Below are positions 60,216-64,000 of a stretch of DNA of 64,000 nucleotides, piece after piece (the stretch's first letter is position 1; every line of letters begins with the position of its first letter). The DNA is from Coprothermobacterota bacterium. Lineage in GTDB: Bacteria; Coprothermobacterota; Coprothermobacteria; Coprothermobacterales; Coprothermobacteraceae. The stretch is taken from NCBI GenBank assembly GCA_036679065.1, contig JAZIGN010000003.1, forward strand, positions 224,001 through 288,000. The letters run 5' to 3'. Under the pieces are notes generated by a model. It did no database searches and was not told the origin of the DNA. It was given only the letters and a program-made list of their open reading frames with translations. The position numbers were made by a program, and so were the translations under genes.

Positions 60216-60950
60216 GGGCTAGTATACAGCAGAAGTTACGAAAAGCGCCTAGTATGCACATCAATTCAAGTAAGAATATGTTCTATACTCTTTGGCATCG
60301 TCTTTATTGCCCTTGATATGAAGACTGTCAACATTCCTTTTGGTGCAGAACACTGTTCAGGTATTATAATCATCTTAGCCTTTATTTACATAGGTGTTCC
60401 ATATGCGTTTTTCTTAATTCATGAACTGTTCGGGAACTTATCAGTGAGAGTAACAGCTAATATTGTTTAAGAAAGAGAACCATACTCATAGTCTCTGCTG
60501 TAAACCAAAAGTAAAAAGCTTCCAAAACGAACATAGTAAATTTGGATAGGTGCGAATATTCGGAAGAGAAATTACAAATACATTTACAAAGAGTTCATCT
60601 CGAGTAATGCTCTTCATCGTGAAGTTATAGCTATCTATAGCGAATTAAGAATTTTCCCGTTGTTGTTTCGTTACACTTTTTGCTCTACGTTCAGCTTCTT
60701 TATAAAAGCCCTCATGAGGCCCAACCATAAATATTAAGCAGGTTCTTTCTTTTTCCAATACTATATATGCTGCTCTATATGCCACTCCATTTATGTTGAA
60801 CTTTAGGCTTCTCACACCTTTTAGCGACCCTTTGAGCATATGCCCTAGATGAGGTTTTTCTTTCAAAGCACTTAGTGCTTTCAACACTTTAGCACTTTGT
60901 TCTTTCAATCTGTCTAAGTCTTTCAAGGCATGTTGTGTAAGTTCTATCTT

Positions 60951-62313
60951 GTGACATCCTCCCCTCAATTAATTGAGGGGCATCTCGACGTGGGATGGCA
61001 GCTTTCGCCGCAGGTTAGCCAGCATTCCCCGGATGACCCGGATCATCACCTTGGCCTTAAGGGGTGTCACGCTCCCCTTTCTCCCAGGGTCATGCCCCAA
61101 GAGCATCGAGCGCTTTAGCGGCGATATTCAGTGCTCCAACCCTGTCGGCATCAGATTGGTAGCCGCATCTTGTGCATTTAAACCAGCCCTGAGTCTTGCG
61201 GTTGTAGCGGGAAACATTCCCGCACCGCGGACAGGTCTTGGAAGTCTCCTTGGGGTCGACGTAGATTACGGGCACCCCGGCAAGGGCGGCCTTGTATCCG
61301 ATGAATGAAGCCAGCTCCCGAAAGTTCCAACCCGACATCATGCGGTTGAACTTCTTGGAGCCTTTGGCCCGTTCACGAATACCCAGCAGGTTCTCCAGGG
61401 CAATGGCTTTACCTTCAGCTTTTGCTATTTCCACAATACGTTTGGAAATACAGTGGTTGATATACCGCATCCATCTTTGTTCACGACCCGATTCCTTCTT
61501 GACGCGGGAAAGCCTGCCTGCTTGCTGAAGTGCTTTACGCCGCTCTGCCCAACGTTCTTTTCGCCACCTCACCTGTCGTCCGTCGAAGAATACGTTGTTG
61601 GACAATACAGCAAGTTTTACGATGCCGAAGTCGACCCCGATTACGCCGCACGGCTCGTTGAGACATGTTTCGTAGACGAGGGATATGGCTGCGTACCACT
61701 CGCCGCTTTTGTCTCGCCATATCTCCACAGACCCTTGACGGCAGGAACCTCCTGCCAGATCCTGGAGCCTTTTGGCGTGGTATGTGGAAGCGGCAAGGGG
61801 TACGGCTATCTGGCTCCTACCGGAGGAAACGGGGAATTTGATGACCCACGTGCCGGAGGGAAGTTGGTGGAGGGAGTAGCAGTCCTGCCGCACCATTACC
61901 GGAACCGTTTTCTCAAATTTGGGCAGGCTGGCCTTTTTGCCCCTTTGTTTGCGGGAAAGGTAGGAGCGCCTGACGGACAGCGCTTTGAGCATGGCGCACT
62001 GGAGCGTGCCCCGGTTGAGGTCGAATAACTCACATGCCTGCCGGTAGGTTTCACGGTTTAAATGTGCCCGGCTGGTAGTATTCAAAGCTTCGGCCTTCTC
62101 CAGGAACCAGAAGCACGCTTGGCGGTAGATTTCCAGCATGCGGGTCATCTTCTCCAGCTTGCCCTTGTTGGGAGGCAGAAGCTTTATTTTGAGGGTTACC
62201 GTCTGCAATCAACATCTCCTCCGGTCTGCTTAAATTATAGCACGGCCGGAGAGAAAAACCAAGCCGCCATTCATCCCCCGATTAAAAATCGGGGGCATTC
62301 TGGCGGGGCTTTT
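60951..62313 (-). mobile_element. IS200/IS605-family TnpB-only (IS1341-type) element
   Basis: Subterminal hairpins CCCCCGATT..AATCGGGGG (left) and CCCCTCAATTAATTGAGGGG (right); right end ...GATGTCAC; follows TTTAC; GC-richer than flanks. Junction ambiguous by about 4 nt (shared ACAA). Confidence 0.88.
61090..62208 (-). CDS. tnpB: TnpB RNA-guided endonuclease
   Basis: RuvC IGVDFG, IALENL, DADRVGALNIA; Zn finger CPRCG/CTRCG. Confidence 0.95.
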   Translation of the reverse strand: MQTVTLKIKLLPPNKGKLEKMTRMLEIYRQACFWFLEKAEALNTTSRAHLNRETYRQACELFDLNRGTLQCAMLKALSVRRSYLSRKQRGKKASLPKFEKTVPVMVRQDCYSLHQLPSGTWVIKFPVSSGRSQIAVPLAASTYHAKRLQDLAGGSCRQGSVEIWRDKSGEWYAAISLVYETCLNEPCGVIGVDFGIVKLAVLSNNVFFDGRQVRWRKERWAERRKALQQAGRLSRVKKESGREQRWMRYINHCISKRIVEIAKAEGKAIALENLLGIRERAKGSKKFNRMMSGWNFRELASFIGYKAALAGVPVIYVDPKETSKTCPRCGNVSRYNRKTQGWFKCTRCGYQSDADRVGALNIAAKALDALGA

Positions 62314-62320
62314 GTAAAAA

Positions 62321-62578
62321 TCATTCATCTAAGTTAATGCCGTGATTTTTCGCATATTTCTCTATGTTCGTGGTCTTACCGGCTTCATACTCTTCCATGG
62401 CCTGCTCAGCTAAAATATCGAACGGATTAATTGCTGGTGCTAGAATTATCACTCTTTCTCCCCTTATAAACTTGACGAAAAAAGGAGTTCCCTCTTTTAC
62501 GTTCAATTCGTCTCGTATTGCTTTCGGAAGAGAGATACGTCCTTTTGCGTCTGTTTTTACGATTCTCTCGTGAGTCAT
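62321..62578 (-). CDS. AbrB/MazE-family antitoxin
   Basis: VKTDAKGRISLPKAIRDELNVKEG; its end overlaps the original toxin ATG. Confidence 0.88.
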   Translation of the reverse strand: MTHERIVKTDAKGRISLPKAIRDELNVKEGTPFFVKFIRGERVIILAPAINPFDILAEQAMEEYEAGKTTNIEKYAKNHGINLDE

Positions 62579-62595
62579 TTTCTTCCTCTCCTTTT

Positions 62596-62612
62596 TGTGG
62601 GAAATTCCCACA
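62596..62612. promoter_or_regulatory. Palindromic operator of the AbrB-RelE operon
   Basis: TGTGGGAA-A-TTCCCACA directly downstream of a minus-strand TATAAT. Confidence 0.6.
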
Positions 62613-62920
62613 TTCATTATACACCTATTTTGGTTAGTATGGCAGTTTTCTTTCTTCGCTGCCTATCAACTTAAAACAGCGGCAACCACCTTAGGATTTA
62701 TCAATATCGTATCTGCAAAATTAATTGGCACTTTCTGCCGATTTTGGTCCATTAATATATCCAATCTTCGTCAGCAAGTCCTCTTCATAAATAGTTTCCC
62801 GCACTGTTATTTCCTTGTGTTCTTCGGGCTACACCAAGTTTGTTTACATTCCTGTCACAATCTCAGTAGAATGGCACTTTTTAAGCAGCTTCACGGGTTG
62901 TTAGTGACAAAGAGTGGCAT

Positions 62921-63080
62921 ATGAGCGATATACTTAGCAACGTACTTAAAGATTTTACAAATCCATCTAGTATAACTGACTTACACTTTTCTGTAGGGCA
63001 GCCTCCTACAGCTCGCACAAATGGATTTCTCACGGCCCTTCAAAAGATTCCACCTCAGACTGTGCCCATGGTTGTTGGTG
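62921..63080 (+). pseudogene. PilT/PilU-like ATPase N-terminal fragment
   Basis: ITDLHFSVGQPPTARTNG.L resembles the PilT SDLH..G.PP..R..G.L motif. The rest of the ORF is antisense to the next gene. Confidence 0.5.
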
Positions 63081-63102
63081 CTCTAAAACATTTTGAGATC
63101 AT

Positions 63103-63999
63103 TTACTCCAACCATGTAATCAAGCTTTCTGTTATCAAAGCTATAGCCACAACAAGGTGCCAACCGGTTAATGTGAAGAATGGAATTACTGTTCCTAGCA
63201 AACTAAAAACTACAAGGAGGAAGTTTAGCACCCTAAGCACAATGTACTGCGAAGGACTTGTAGACTTGTACACGCGTGCTTGCAGGAGTCCTCTAACAGC
63301 GTAAACAATGAACCAAATGCTGAATGGTATGCTTCCTACGTCGAGACTTATAGCATGAAAAGTTCCCAGGAGCAAGACAATTCCAAATAGTATGCCCATT
63401 ATGCCAGCAACTATGTTGAAAGCCAATGTCTTGTACTTAAGAGGCAAGAGAATACCGGTAGCTAATGCCGACGTGCCTACCGCTATAGGCAGGATTGCAA
63501 AAGAAATGCCCCGTGAACTTACAAGTTGTGCGAGGATATATATCCCCATAAACAACGCAATAGTTCCAACTATACTGCTTCCCCAATCAAGATAGTGTTT
63601 AGTGTTCATCGCTTTTCTTATGGCTGAGAATATCCAGTATGGCAAAACTATCATTACAAATAGACCAAGAAACCAAAAAATGATCTCGAAAACGTAGTAA
63701 ATTACAGGATGGGCGACAAGGAAGATACCTAAAGCCTCGCCAGGCCAGGAACCATATCCAAAGAGCCATATTATGACACCAATTGTCCAAGTGATTATGT
63801 CCAAACCTATGGCTAGCGGCAGACCAAGCGGTGCGAGAAACTGATCGCTAGTTAAGATAGAAAATGTCTGACTTTTTATTTTAGAAGGAATACTTGCATA
63901 TTTAGGTGGCCCGCCTTGGAGAAAAACGATTATGATTGAAGCCAGGAAAATAATTCCGATAACCAACGCTACAGTTTGTATTCTTTTCTTCGGTTTCAT
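63103..63999 (-). CDS. Hypothetical multi-pass membrane protein
   Basis: 298-aa hydrophobic ORF; the start may extend beyond the window. Confidence 0.7.
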   Translation of the reverse strand: MKPKKRIQTVALVIGIIFLASIIIVFLQGGPPKYASIPSKIKSQTFSILTSDQFLAPLGLPLAIGLDIITWTIGVIIWLFGYGSWPGEALGIFLVAHPVIYYVFEIIFWFLGLFVMIVLPYWIFSAIRKAMNTKHYLDWGSSIVGTIALFMGIYILAQLVSSRGISFAILPIAVGTSALATGILLPLKYKTLAFNIVAGIMGILFGIVLLLGTFHAISLDVGSIPFSIWFIVYAVRGLLQARVYKSTSPSQYIVLRVLNFLLVVFSLLGTVIPFFTLTGWHLVVAIALITESLITWLE

Positions 64000-64000
64000 A

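Larger units (their letters stand above)
60645..62328 (-). pseudogene. RelE/ParE-family toxin interrupted by an IS605-family element
   Basis: ATG AAT GAT TTT TAC (62328-62314) joined to AAG ATA GAA... (60950 downward) gives MNDFYKIELTQHALKDL...LKGSLKGVRSLK..YRAAY..VGPHEGFY. Confidence 0.82.

Noticed and set aside
60951..62313. IStron (group I intron-IS605 chimera) that would splice out of the toxin mRNA
   Set aside because: Only about 105 nt lie between the left end and tnpB, leaving no room for a group I ribozyme core.
107..63790. Numerous short antisense or nested ORFs in the six-frame track (e.g. 2561-3163, 44027-44785, 61453-62028)
   Set aside because: They are shadows of well-supported genes on the opposite strand or frame, with no motifs.
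1..64000. tRNA/rRNA genes, integrase or a full CRISPR array
   Set aside because: None recognised by eye; a tRNAscan/CRISPR-finder run would be needed to exclude them formally.

Overview
Bacterial chromosome segment from an anaerobic, amino-acid-fermenting organism. The split MetH, tungsten-type AOR, NrdD, HypD-like glycyl radical enzyme and SLH protein suggest a Coprothermobacter/Thermotogae-like lineage (inference only). Positions 1-46.6 kb are mostly metabolic genes: met/lysC, an ABC exporter, nrdDG, thiDME, psuG with a PfkB kinase, dsdA, aor, plsY, btuF under a cobalamin riboswitch and hypD with its activase. Interspersed accessory genes include an NfrB-like glycosyltransferase, a Rieske oxygenase next to a frameshifted CrtI-like gene, an ADP-ribosylglycohydrolase, an orphan ERF recombinase and a PIN toxin-antitoxin pair. 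Positions 46.9-64 kb form a defence/mobile island. It holds an intact five-gene type-4 BREX-like (probable phosphorothioate) operon with an extra stand-alone DUF4007 paralogue, a possible degenerate CRISPR repeat pair, a Cas3-HD pseudogene, and a TnpB-only IS605-family element inserted in the first codons of a RelE toxin gene. A candidate Met-rich leader-peptide attenuator lies upstream of the metH operon. All protein assignments come from motif recognition by eye, with no database searches.
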